Source: a virus
UHGV virus genome: UHGV-0289063
DNA length: 47,718 nucleotides
Direction: 5' to 3' (one strand)
Below are positions 1 to 8,898 of this stretch, one piece after another. The notes under the pieces were generated by a model. It was not told the origin of the DNA and did no database searches. It worked only from the letters and a program-made list of their open reading frames with translations. Position numbers and translations under genes: made by a program. Each line of letters starts with the position of its first letter. Position 1 is the stretch's first letter.

Positions 1-20
1 CAATCAGAAATTAAGTGAGT

Positions 21-40
21 TTGCCCCATCCATGCCCCAC
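21..40. repeat. Copy 1 of a ~19-bp direct repeat (ttgCCCCATCCATGCCCCAc). The second copy is at 228-247
   Basis: Exact 15-mer CCCATCCATGCCCCA occurs at 25-39 and 232-246. The match extends to 18/19 bases with one mismatch. Confidence 0.6.
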
Positions 41-227
41 GCTGTGGGATCGGATGATTATTAATTATAAATATCAATAGGTTATATAACCTAAACCTGC
101 ATGCCCATCATATGAGCATACATTTTTCATAAACGACAAAGATCGTCCAAGAGCGCACTAAATAACAGATGGTTAGAGTCGTTGAAAACACCAGTCGTCT
201 AAGTTCACCTTAGAGCGAGTGCTGTTT

Positions 228-247
228 TGTGTCCCATCCATGCCCCA
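228..247. repeat. Copy 2 of the direct repeat, immediately 3' of the umuD'-like stop codon
   Basis: Same 15-mer as at 25-39. The two copies flank a ~190-bp AT-rich segment that contains the perfect 12-bp palindrome GGTTATATAACC (81-92). Confidence 0.6.
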
Positions 248-637
248 TTACATCACTGGGCAATCGTCGAACTCACCCGAACGCGCATCATTGATGATGT
301 ACGTGATGACTCCGAATATCGGCTTGTCGTCGTCTGATATCTCACCAACCTTGCGCAGCCTCTCACGCTTGCCGTTCTCCAGATTCTCCAGATGCGGTTG
401 CGGGTGTGTCCTGTAACGTTTAATCCTGAACTCACCATCAACAGCACAAACAAGTAGTGATCCGTCACATGGAGATAGTGACGAATCGACTACCAGCATT
501 GCACCATTAATGATTCCGGCGCGCAGATATGTCGCGCCAGCAATCATCATGTAAGTGGCAGAAGGATGCGCGATAAGGCGCTTGTCGAGCGATATGCGCT
601 CTTCTACGTAGTCTGCTGCTGGCGATGGAAACCCCAT
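248..637 (-). CDS. umuD: UmuD'-like protein of the S24 family. It begins at the position that corresponds to the processed UmuD' N-terminus, and the catalytic Ser is replaced
   Basis: Protein starts MGFPSPAADYVEERI; compare E. coli UmuD, which is cleaved at C24^G25 (FPSPAADYVEQRI...). Strong colinear similarity through to the C-terminus. The ASGDSM serine motif reads AGATYL here, while the Lys (FRIKRY) is retained. RBS GGAGG lies 7 nt upstream. A LexA box lies just upstream. Confidence 0.75.
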   Translation of the reverse strand: MGFPSPAADYVEERISLDKRLIAHPSATYMMIAGATYLRAGIINGAMLVVDSSLSPCDGSLLVCAVDGEFRIKRYRTHPQPHLENLENGKRERLRKVGEISDDDKPIFGVITYIINDARSGEFDDCPVM

Positions 638-654
638 AATGCACCTCCGATTTT

Positions 655-674
655 AACTGTATATGTATACAGTA
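655..674. promoter_or_regulatory. LexA (SOS) box in the divergent umuD'/gtrA promoter region
   Basis: aaCTGTatatgtatACAGta matches the consensus taCTGT-N8-ACAGta. It sits 18-37 nt upstream of the umuD' start codon. Confidence 0.8.
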
Positions 675-750
675 TTATCTATTTGCAGTGTCGATCAATA
701 GCGTTTGTGGTGCTACACTTCAGACCTTTCTGAATTCACTGATTTCTATA

Positions 751-1113
751 ATGTTAAAGTTATTCGCCAGGTACACATCGATAGGTGTCATCAACACGCT
801 CATTCATTGGGTAGTGTTCGCCATATGCATCTACGCATTTCATACAGGTCAGGCGCTAGGCAACCTTGCCGGGTTCGTTGTCGCTGTATCGTTCAGCTTC
901 TTCGCCAATGCCAGATTCACCTTCAAGTCATCAACCACGACCATGCGCTACATGCTGTATGTAGGGTTTATGGGTGCGTTGAGCGCTGCAGTGGGCTGGG
1001 CAGCAGATAAATCAGGCATGGCACCTGTTATCACGTTAATCGTATTCTCCGCAATCAGCCTTGTTTGCGGTTTCATCTATTCAAAATTCATTGTCTTTAG
1101 GGATGCGAAATGA
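751..1113 (+). CDS. gtrA: GtrA-family bactoprenol-linked glucose translocase (flippase)
   Basis: [23 protein letters not shown]...FIVFRDAK is colinear with the GtrA proteins of Shigella/Salmonella phages. The ORF-track start at 688 is a GTG; the homologous start is the ATG at 751. Confidence 0.85.
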   Translation: MLKLFARYTSIGVINTLIHWVVFAICIYAFHTGQALGNLAGFVVAVSFSFFANARFTFKSSTTTMRYMLYVGFMGALSAAVGWAADKSGMAPVITLIVFSAISLVCGFIYSKFIVFRDAK

Positions 1114-2039
1114 AAATTTCTCTGGTTGTTCCCGTCTTCAACGAAGAAGACGCGATACCAATTTTTTATAAAACGGTTCGGGAATTTGAAGAGCTCAGGC
1201 AGCATGAAGTAGAAATCGTCTTCATCAATGACGGCAGCAAAGACGCGACAGAATCCATCATTAACGCACTTGCGATCGCTGATCCGCTTGTGGTTCCTCT
1301 GTCTTTCACGCGTAATTTTGGCAAAGAGCCGGCGCTTTTTGCCGGACTCGATCACGCAACTGGCGACGCTGTTATACCGATTGATGTCGACCTTCAGGAC
1401 CCCATCGAAGTCATCCCTCACCTGATAGAAAAGTGGCAGGCTGGCGCTGACATGGTACTGGCAAAACGCTCTGATCGTTCTACCGATGGCCGCCTGAAAC
1501 GTAAGACTGCAGAGTGGTTCTATAAGCTGCACAACAAAATAAGCAATCCCCAGATTGAAGAGAACGTTGGCGACTTCCGTCTGATGTCACGTGAGATGGT
1601 GGAAAACATTAAACTTCTTCCAGAGCGTAACCTCTTCATGAAGGGAGTTCTCAGTTGGGTTGGCGGAAAAACAGACGTAATTGAATATGCCCGCGCAGAA
1701 CGCATTGCCGGCGACACAAAGTTCAACGGATGGAAACTGTGGAACCTTGCACTAGAAGGTATCACAAGCTTCTCAACATTCCCTCTGCGCATGTGGACCT
1801 ATATCGGCCTCGTTGTTGCCAGCCTGGCATTCTTGTACGGTGCCTGGATGATTATTGACACAATCGCATTCGGAAACCCTGTTAGAGGTTATCCTTCCCT
1901 GCTTGTGTCAATTCTATTTTTGGGTGGAGTGCAGTTGATCGGGATTGGGGTGCTTGGCGAATACATTGGAAGAATTTATGTAGAGGTAAAGAACAGACCT
2001 CGGTACGTGTTAAAGAACGATAAAAAGGATTCAAGATGA
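1110..2039 (+). CDS. gtrB: GtrB bactoprenol glucosyltransferase (GT2 family)
   Basis: [13 protein letters not shown]...INDGSKD...VDLQDP GT2 motifs plus C-terminal TM helices. It overlaps gtrA by 4 nt. Confidence 0.9.
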   Translation: MKISLVVPVFNEEDAIPIFYKTVREFEELRQHEVEIVFINDGSKDATESIINALAIADPLVVPLSFTRNFGKEPALFAGLDHATGDAVIPIDVDLQDPIEVIPHLIEKWQAGADMVLAKRSDRSTDGRLKRKTAEWFYKLHNKISNPQIEENVGDFRLMSREMVENIKLLPERNLFMKGVLSWVGGKTDVIEYARAERIAGDTKFNGWKLWNLALEGITSFSTFPLRMWTYIGLVVASLAFLYGAWMIIDTIAFGNPVRGYPSLLVSILFLGGVQLIGIGVLGEYIGRIYVEVKNRPRYVLKNDKKDSR

Positions 2040-3673
2040 GAGTTATTAAGTATTGTCCTGTTTTGCTTTTCTTTATTGCAGTCTTCCTTGTTGCGATTAG
2101 AACGCCAATGCAGTCTGATGACTATACTTACATGTTTATTGGCACCAATTTCAATGACCACTTACACCACTACATGACATGGAGTGGTAGATTGGTTGCT
2201 GACTATGTAAGCGGCTTTCTTCTTGGGCATTTGAACTACATCACGTACTCTTTCCTTAATGTTGCAGCATTAGTAACAATGATATCATGCATATCAATTC
2301 TTCCGTCAGCTGTAATTGGGAAGCTAAGATTCAGCCCATTTAATTTCACCATCATAGCACTCTTATACTGGATAGCTAACCCAAACCTTGGGCAAACGAC
2401 TTTCTGGATTGTTGGATCTGCAAACTACCTTTGGACAAGCATGTTCATTTCGGTTTTTTTTGTTTGCTATTTTCACTTGGCCAGAAAAGAAAAAAACACA
2501 GTATTAAGTACACTATTTCTGTTCATTGCTGCACTTCTTGCTGGATGTTCAAATGAAAATACATCAATAGTTACTTTTATTGTTGTTGCTGTTTGCTCGT
2601 TTATATTCAAAAACAAAGCTACCTCTGTCATCTCTCTTGTTGGCATTTTGATTGGCGCTTTGACACTTCTGCTTTCTCCTGGAAACTATCTAAGAAACAG
2701 TAGCAGTTCGTTTGATTACTGGCACAATATGTCAATCGTCGATAAGTTGTGGGAGCATTTCTACAAACGTTTCCCTGAAGCAGTAGCTTCGTACTGGCAG
2801 GTATACCTTATCGCGATCCTAGCTTTGGCTGTTATATCAGTCGTGGGCCTAAAAGATAAGAAGAACATTCTTTTTTCTGTCGTCTTTATGATTGGCTCTC
2901 TCATGGCTAACGCTGCGTTCATCGGGTCTCCAACAATGCCAGCAAGAGCGCTAAGTGGTGGATTGTTTTTCGCACTGATTTCGCTTTCGTTTCTCGTTCA
3001 TGAAGCGTCATCTGGCGACAAAATTTACTCAGTGCCATTCAAGATTGCTTCATTATGTTTTTCTCTGATTTATTTCATACCATCCTATTTAGCTCTGCTG
3101 TATGTTTTTAATGAGACAATGTATCAAGCTAAAGTAAGAGATGCCATCATTGAGAAAGGAAAGCAAGACAACGCTCCTGTTGTAGAGATACCACAGTGGT
3201 ACTTCACGCGAACAGCAAAAGTCAGCGACAGGTTTGATACATTCCATAGCCACTCCATTAAAAGATACTACGGAGTGAACGATTTTGTCGTCAACACCGT
3301 AAGCTTTGATTACGGCCAAATCCTCAAAGCAAAAAAAATACATGTTGATAGATCTTTGATGGGAAATTCTGTACTGAATTCTATTTATCTATATAAGGAT
3401 ATGGTCACAGACAGAAACCATGTTCTTTTTGAGCTAAATGATGCTGACCATGATAAATATGGCGATGACTATCTAATGGTTAATCATATTTATGTTAAAG
3501 GAAAGGGATATATAAATGCAGATGCTCGCATGACACTGCAGCGAGTTGGAGAAAATATGTACATCGACAGTACATTTAAAGGTGCTGAGTTTGATGACAT
3601 TGAAATGATGGTTGTAGGTATTCACAAGAAATCTACTGGCGAACTGCTATCTAGAATTGAAGTGACACCATAA
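2036..3673 (+). CDS. gtrC: GtrC-like serotype-specific O-antigen glucosyltransferase; polytopic membrane protein with a ~190-aa hydrophilic C-terminal domain
   Basis: Third-gene position of a gtr operon. It is AT-rich, has multiple hydrophobic helices, and is 545 aa long. It overlaps gtrB by 4 nt. Confidence 0.7.
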   Translation: MRVIKYCPVLLFFIAVFLVAIRTPMQSDDYTYMFIGTNFNDHLHHYMTWSGRLVADYVSGFLLGHLNYITYSFLNVAALVTMISCISILPSAVIGKLRFSPFNFTIIALLYWIANPNLGQTTFWIVGSANYLWTSMFISVFFVCYFHLARKEKNTVLSTLFLFIAALLAGCSNENTSIVTFIVVAVCSFIFKNKATSVISLVGILIGALTLLLSPGNYLRNSSSSFDYWHNMSIVDKLWEHFYKRFPEAVASYWQVYLIAILALAVISVVGLKDKKNILFSVVFMIGSLMANAAFIGSPTMPARALSGGLFFALISLSFLVHEASSGDKIYSVPFKIASLCFSLIYFIPSYLALLYVFNETMYQAKVRDAIIEKGKQDNAPVVEIPQWYFTRTAKVSDRFDTFHSHSIKRYYGVNDFVVNTVSFDYGQILKAKKIHVDRSLMGNSVLNSIYLYKDMVTDRNHVLFELNDADHDKYGDDYLMVNHIYVKGKGYINADARMTLQRVGENMYIDSTFKGAEFDDIEMMVVGIHKKSTGELLSRIEVTP

Positions 3674-3680
3674 AATAGAA

Positions 3681-3720
3681 GGGCCGCCAAACGGTGGCCC
3701 ACATTGTCATTTTAGTTTTT
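3681..3720. terminator. Bidirectional intrinsic terminator between gtrC and the tailspike gene
   Basis: GGGCCGCC-AAAC-GGTGGCCC hairpin, followed by a T-rich tract on the plus strand and TTCTATTTTA on the minus strand. Confidence 0.6.
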
Positions 3721-5959
3721 TCTTTATTATATCAAGCTCTCTCCTGACGTATGCAGCCTCCAGGACAAGAGCTTGTTCATATCTAATACCGTATTTATCA
3801 CCAGCCTGTAGCTCTTCGTGCATGAGTTCCCCGGTATTCTCATCGTAAACGGCTGGTTTATGCTTCCATTCATCATGACAAATGAACGCATATTTTTGCC
3901 AGTTTAGGTTATGCCTCTGAAGTGCATCAACAATACGCTGAGCAACCACACCAAAATGCCATCTTGCACCGTCCTCTCCTTTTTCTTCCACGCTGTTGAT
4001 GTACTGATACATCGAGAATTCAACCTCACCCCATGCATCAAGCAGGGAATCCATTTCCTCCTTACTTTCCACTGACATCAGGGAGTTATCACTCTGAATA
4101 ATTGGAGTAATGCCAATTTTATGTCGCTCGTCTGACGTGACTGTAAAAGCTGTCTGCGTGAAGCCACCGGACCACGGGCGCGTTGTTGTTCCGCACTGGA
4201 TTGCATTAGCGGTACCAGGCGCAAAATAATTTGTAGTCCACTCAATCAGCTTTACACTATTACGGCGGAAGTAGGCGGAATCGCCAGAATTATCGAAAAC
4301 TAAGTCCTTCTGGCTGCCTGTTGTATTACGCCCAGAGATAATCTGAAAGTTACCAGGAACAAGGTCAAATTTGTTTGAACTTAGATCTCTGTAGTGACGC
4401 CGCAAATCCGGAAGACTTCCAGTGAGCGTCATTCCATCCGATAGATTAGGCTGCCCAGGCCTGAGTCGGCAATTTGATAACTCATGAATGGAAGTTGCAA
4501 GGTTGAGCGTGCTTCCTGTTCGAGTTAGTGCCCACCCAGTAACAGATGACTGGTGTTCGTATATGTTTCTGAAGCAAAGCTTTGTGTCGTAGTTATTCCC
4601 TGGATTTGCTGGGTTTATGCGGTTAATAAGTGCAGTAAACCCGCTAGCCTGACCCGAGTGGTCAGGGTCAAGTGACCAGTTATTGTTAATGTGCATGCCA
4701 TCTATGATTATGATGTCAGATTGAGTATTTTCAGTTCCATCACCATCAAAATGCATGAAAAATTGAGATTTAAAGTTCTCAAGCCAAGAACCAATAACCT
4801 GGAAATTATAATGACTTTGGTTTACAAACATAGCGGATGCTACAGTTTCAACGCGCTCGAACCATGGTTCATAAATATAGTTGTTGAAACCGCCTAGTAT
4901 TTGGAAAATCCTTCCATACTTTCCAGAAAAAATAGGCTTATGCCATTCATTAAGGTTGAATGCAGAAAACTTGCTAACTGACCAATGATCTGTATATACG
5001 ACAGCTCCAGTGTCACCACATCCATAATGTTTGGCATTATAGTGCTTGGTGGATATCAAAGAAGCGCGAAAATATGTATGGAAACCATCCCACGAACAAT
5101 TCTGCGTTATGAAATTTGCACACCAGCGCCCTTCAGGTGCACTCATAAATTGGCTGGCGGTATTTTGTTTATCAAAGCCAACGAAATCGATGTTTTCGAA
5201 AAATGCTTTTTCAAATTTATAAGTGTTGTTTTGGTCCAGCATTAAGCCTGCTGAACTCATCGTTATCTTTGCCCTCCCATCAGGACACGAAATAGAGATT
5301 AGAATCTCATTAGGCATATGATTCTGAGGACACATCAAAGTTGCGGAAAGCTTCCATTCAAAACCATCTGGTAAAATGATAGCTTTACTTGCTTTCATCA
5401 TCTCCACAGCGGCAGCATCAACAGCTGCTGATGCAACACCGCTAACAGCGCCTAGGTCAGTAATGTATACACGGTTAGCATTGTAATCATGCTGAGTGCG
5501 TGAAACCGAGCCAGTTACAGGCTGCTTTACAGAAATTAAAGCATCGCCAGATCCATCAGATGAACTGGCAAGCATGGTGCGCAATGCTGCATCACCGATA
5601 CCAACCCATGCACCTATACCAACACCACCTGAAGTAGTTGGCGTTGATCCTGCATCAACATGCTTAGGTAATGCCCCGTCCCAACGATAATATTCCCCGT
5701 TAGATTCGTCACGCAGGGCCTGATTTGGCAGGGTGATATCAGCGCCATCCTGGAACGAGTCGAGAAGTATCCAACCATATTGCGCAATAGCTTGCTGCGC
5801 AAGCCAGCGCAGGCCTTCAATGGTGTAATGCTCATTCCCGAATCGGTCAACATAAGTGTTTACCAGCGAGGTTACGAACTCGTCAATTTTCCCGGCGTTA
5901 AATTTCAAATCGCGCGGGGATTCGCTCGGAACCGAATTCTGAGTAGGTGTAGTAGCCAT
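3707..5959 (-). CDS. Tailspike / receptor-binding protein with a conserved N-terminal anchor, a central beta-helix-like region and a C-terminal S74 intramolecular chaperone domain
   Basis: 750 aa. The C-terminus (...YAFICHDEW...YGIRYEQALVLEAAYVRRELDIIKKKLK) is typical of the endosialidase/T5 pb1 chaperone autoproteolysis domain. Gly/Ser-rich linker after the N-terminal domain. Confidence 0.75.
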   Translation of the reverse strand: MATTPTQNSVPSESPRDLKFNAGKIDEFVTSLVNTYVDRFGNEHYTIEGLRWLAQQAIAQYGWILLDSFQDGADITLPNQALRDESNGEYYRWDGALPKHVDAGSTPTTSGGVGIGAWVGIGDAALRTMLASSSDGSGDALISVKQPVTGSVSRTQHDYNANRVYITDLGAVSGVASAAVDAAAVEMMKASKAIILPDGFEWKLSATLMCPQNHMPNEILISISCPDGRAKITMSSAGLMLDQNNTYKFEKAFFENIDFVGFDKQNTASQFMSAPEGRWCANFITQNCSWDGFHTYFRASLISTKHYNAKHYGCGDTGAVVYTDHWSVSKFSAFNLNEWHKPIFSGKYGRIFQILGGFNNYIYEPWFERVETVASAMFVNQSHYNFQVIGSWLENFKSQFFMHFDGDGTENTQSDIIIIDGMHINNNWSLDPDHSGQASGFTALINRINPANPGNNYDTKLCFRNIYEHQSSVTGWALTRTGSTLNLATSIHELSNCRLRPGQPNLSDGMTLTGSLPDLRRHYRDLSSNKFDLVPGNFQIISGRNTTGSQKDLVFDNSGDSAYFRRNSVKLIEWTTNYFAPGTANAIQCGTTTRPWSGGFTQTAFTVTSDERHKIGITPIIQSDNSLMSVESKEEMDSLLDAWGEVEFSMYQYINSVEEKGEDGARWHFGVVAQRIVDALQRHNLNWQKYAFICHDEWKHKPAVYDENTGELMHEELQAGDKYGIRYEQALVLEAAYVRRELDIIKKKLK

Positions 5960-5961
5960 AT

Positions 5962-5998
5962 TGATTCCATAAAAAAACCCGGCACAGTGGCCGGGTTC
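5962..5998 (-). terminator. Intrinsic terminator between the J-like gene and the tailspike gene
   Basis: Minus strand reads AACCCGGCCACTGTGCCGGGTT followed by TTTTTTTAT. Confidence 0.65.
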
Positions 5999-6017
5999 GG
6001 TTGGTCGGGGGTGGTTC

Positions 6018-8495
6018 TTATTGGTAGATGGCGTCGCTGTACTCTGCGACGGTCAGAGATACCGTGTTATCTGTGTTCGGTTTGATGCTGTTGACCGTCC
6101 ATAGTTGGTTGTCCAGTTCCTCAACTGTTGCAATGAGATAGCGTGATGGGAGCTGTACAGTGTCTCCGTTCCATATATTGAGATGAATGTCGGGTATTGC
6201 CGCGGTGAAGCCGTACTTCGTGTCGCTACGGGCGGTGGCCTGATAGCGCAGCGTAGGGTTACCCAGACTGTCGGTCACCAGCACGTACATTGAACCGGTA
6301 AACGCGATCGGCTCGCTCGTATCGAAGTCATTCCCGGCGCGGCCGGTGATGTAACCCTGCTGCTGGTTGCTGTCGTAGATGTCCGGCATCTGAATGACGC
6401 TTCCAACCTGGATAATGCCGTCCTCGAACACCTTTGCGTTCATCTTCACCCGGGAGTAGATAAGGCGCTTCGTTTCGCGCAGCGCGCGCTCCCGCGCCTG
6501 ATACTCATTACGAAAGCCGACTATCTCCAGCTTGTTCGGGTTTTCCGCTTCCTGCTCGACGATAGCGCCGTTCAGCGCGCGGTAGTTGATGTACGTTTTG
6601 TTGTTCGTTGTCGGATGAACATAGGACACCTGCACTCCGTCGTAGCCGCCTGGAAGAGTGGCTTCGTACGTCATTTTGTACTCGTCCGTCTTCATGTTGG
6701 CCCGGTTGAATACGGCTGCCGGGTAATCAACTTTCTGATCCCGGGTGAACGTCAGCACTCCATCATCCCAGTACGCCACCACCGAAGCCGCATTACAGAT
6801 CGCCTGGACACGGTCGCCCAAGGAGTCGTTTTCATCGTCAAACGTGTAGTCGAAGTAACCCAGGCGCTCATCAGGCAGGCTTTCTGCGATCGAATACAGG
6901 CCGTATAGATCAATGCTGTTTACCGGCTGTTCACCCATGATGAGCCAGGTATGCGCTACAGCATCAGCGAACGAGCGAGACGGCCGCAGCGTGTAATCCA
7001 CGGTCTGAGTATTCAGGTCATACGTTATGGTGTGGCGTGTAACCAGGGCGTTGTATTTGCGGTCGCGACTTCCCAGTGCATTCTCTGTTGCCCTCACCTT
7101 CACGCGGACAAGCGTATCGGTGGGATGGACAACGTTTGTACGCACGTTTACGGCGTGGATTTCCTCAAGTTTGAGTATGGAGGCGTCACCAGAGTTATCC
7201 GTTCGTTGCAGGTTAATGGCGTACTTCCCGAAGCCACCGGTCGGCACTATCTTGTCCGTCCGGTAGAACGTCTCGCTGTCCTGTTTATGCCAGGTTGTTT
7301 GCTGGAACACCAGCGTCTGCTGAGTGCCTGGGATCATGTTGTAGTCATCATCAATCTTCCATAGCACTACCTTCCAGTTGGTCTGCTTTTTCGGACCAAG
7401 GCTGCTTTGCGTGTGGATCCACAACTGCGTTGAGTCGACTGGCGAAAAGAACGGGCCAACGACAAGCGCTTCGTTGTCATTCAGCACGAACTTTGTCGTG
7501 TTGATCGTTGCGGTAGCGGGGATATCAGGCGGGCCATCCAGATCGCCCATGGTGAAGGTATACCATCGGACCGGGTTTATCACCGCTCCGTCGTTTGTCT
7601 CTATAGCTGAAACAAGCGTACCGGAGAACGTGGCATCAGTAGTTACGGATCCTGATGCTGTCGCGTAAGTGACATTTATGTCGAACGTGACGGCATGCGG
7701 CAATACCAGGCCCATGAAGTAGTCAAACTCCGCCTGTTTAACGATTTTCACCGCTATCTGACCACCGGCATACGTGCCGCTGACTACTGTGTTCGCCGTA
7801 GCTGTTTCAACAGGGAATGAATCCCCCTGGTTCGCACCGGGAACCTCCTGCCCGTCAACATCATCGAAGCTGTAACCTTCGTTAATCGATGGAATAACTT
7901 CACCAGGCTGAATGAATTGATATTCAGCCCCTGCCATACTGCCCAGGCTCGACTCAGAGTAGCGTACTGACTCGTAATCGTATTTGCCGATACCGATACA
8001 CATCCACTCTGTGACATACTTTTTGCCGCCGTCTTTCGTGCCAGTGCTGATGTACTCGAAGAGTGATTCCTGAATAAGGTCCGGGAATGAACGAACCTGT
8101 CCGTAGATATCTGGCTTGGCTTTATAGACTCGCGCTGTGTTTGTCTGTCCGGTCAGACTATTGTTCGGTGAGTCGACGGTATTGCCGCCAGTGTTGGCGA
8201 TGGCCGGCTTCGGTGCGAGAAACGAAAAGACAGAGCCCACAACTTTGAAAATCGGGCTCAGAATGTCTTCAACAATGCCCTTTGGCTGGTCGAATATCTG
8301 GATGTGGTCCAGCTCACTCAGTTCAAACGCCAGTTCGTCTTCATCACCCAGCCTTACGCCGTTGCGGACGATCAGCAGATCACGATGAAATGTAGCGTCA
8401 TTGGCCGCCAGCCAGTCATAAAAAAGGGTGCCGTTTGGCACCCTGCAACGCAGCTTAGGCGTTCCTGGAAAATTCGATATCTCAACCAGCGCCAT
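6018..8495 (-). CDS. Tail tip / central fibre protein (lambda J-like host-specificity protein)
   Basis: Large protein downstream of the K/L/M-like genes. The likely start, MALVEISNF, overlaps the upstream stop codon; the ORF-track start at 8573 lies inside the upstream gene. Confidence 0.7.
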   Translation of the reverse strand: MALVEISNFPGTPKLRCRVPNGTLFYDWLAANDATFHRDLLIVRNGVRLGDEDELAFELSELDHIQIFDQPKGIVEDILSPIFKVVGSVFSFLAPKPAIANTGGNTVDSPNNSLTGQTNTARVYKAKPDIYGQVRSFPDLIQESLFEYISTGTKDGGKKYVTEWMCIGIGKYDYESVRYSESSLGSMAGAEYQFIQPGEVIPSINEGYSFDDVDGQEVPGANQGDSFPVETATANTVVSGTYAGGQIAVKIVKQAEFDYFMGLVLPHAVTFDINVTYATASGSVTTDATFSGTLVSAIETNDGAVINPVRWYTFTMGDLDGPPDIPATATINTTKFVLNDNEALVVGPFFSPVDSTQLWIHTQSSLGPKKQTNWKVVLWKIDDDYNMIPGTQQTLVFQQTTWHKQDSETFYRTDKIVPTGGFGKYAINLQRTDNSGDASILKLEEIHAVNVRTNVVHPTDTLVRVKVRATENALGSRDRKYNALVTRHTITYDLNTQTVDYTLRPSRSFADAVAHTWLIMGEQPVNSIDLYGLYSIAESLPDERLGYFDYTFDDENDSLGDRVQAICNAASVVAYWDDGVLTFTRDQKVDYPAAVFNRANMKTDEYKMTYEATLPGGYDGVQVSYVHPTTNNKTYINYRALNGAIVEQEAENPNKLEIVGFRNEYQARERALRETKRLIYSRVKMNAKVFEDGIIQVGSVIQMPDIYDSNQQQGYITGRAGNDFDTSEPIAFTGSMYVLVTDSLGNPTLRYQATARSDTKYGFTAAIPDIHLNIWNGDTVQLPSRYLIATVEELDNQLWTVNSIKPNTDNTVSLTVAEYSDAIYQ

Positions 8496-8898
8496 ATTCG
8501 AAAAACTCCACTTTGGTGAATGCCCGCTGAATGACCAGCAACGAGTCCATGCGCACGCTTCCGTTCTCTCCACGCGAGTGCAGCGCCTGCCGGTTCAGTA
8601 CCAGACCAACATGCGCCGGTTGCGTGCCGCGGTACCCGACGAATATCCCGCCCTCTACAGGTTTATCGACCTGGCGCCAGAAAACGACGTCACCCTGATA
8701 GCAGGTGAAGAAGTCAGCTCCGGCTTCGTAGTCCGGCGTCTGGTGCAACTCAATGCCAAGAACGTGTCGGTAATACAGCACCACCAGCCCCCAACAATCT
8801 ACCTTATCGAACGAGCAAGCCCGGTTTGACCAAGGCACGCCGATAACCATCCTGACAAAATCAGAGGTACTGTAGGCCGGTGTATTCCGTTGGGTCAT
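8482..8898 (-). CDS. Tail assembly protein with an NlpC/P60 peptidase fold (lambda K-like)
   Basis: Cys...His motifs (DCWGLV..., HVGLV...). RBS GGAAGG. Position between the L-like and J-like genes. Confidence 0.6.
   Translation of the reverse strand: MTQRNTPAYSTSDFVRMVIGVPWSNRACSFDKVDCWGLVVLYYRHVLGIELHQTPDYEAGADFFTCYQGDVVFWRQVDKPVEGGIFVGYRGTQPAHVGLVLNRQALHSRGENGSVRMDSLLVIQRAFTKVEFFEYGAG

Noticed and set aside
1-60. tRNA 3' end as attachment site at the window start
   Set aside because: No T-arm/acceptor-like sequence or CCA-compatible stem can be recognised by eye. It cannot be excluded without a tRNA search tool.
81-92. GGTTATATAACC palindrome as a cI operator
   Set aside because: The half-sites are everted relative to the ATAAC-N4-GTTAT operators. 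It is kept only as a note within the left-end finding.
480-545. Frameshift that would restore the GDSM catalytic motif in the UmuD'-like gene
   Set aside because: I translated the other two frames of the AGATYLRAG region. Neither yields an S24 serine motif, and one contains a stop. The divergence is real, not a sequencing-type frameshift.
638-750. Dam/OxyR phase-variation switch upstream of gtrA
   Set aside because: Only a single GATC (693-696) is present. The P22-type gtr switch needs multiple GATC sites within OxyR half-sites.
688-750. N-terminal 21-aa extension of gtrA from a GTG at 688
   Set aside because: It would start 14 nt after the LexA box, leaving no room for a promoter and 5' UTR. 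GtrA homologues begin at the MLKLF methionine (751).
4691-5690. Several small plus-strand ORFs within the tailspike gene
   Set aside because: Antisense to a long coherent CDS with recognisable domains; no initiation signals.
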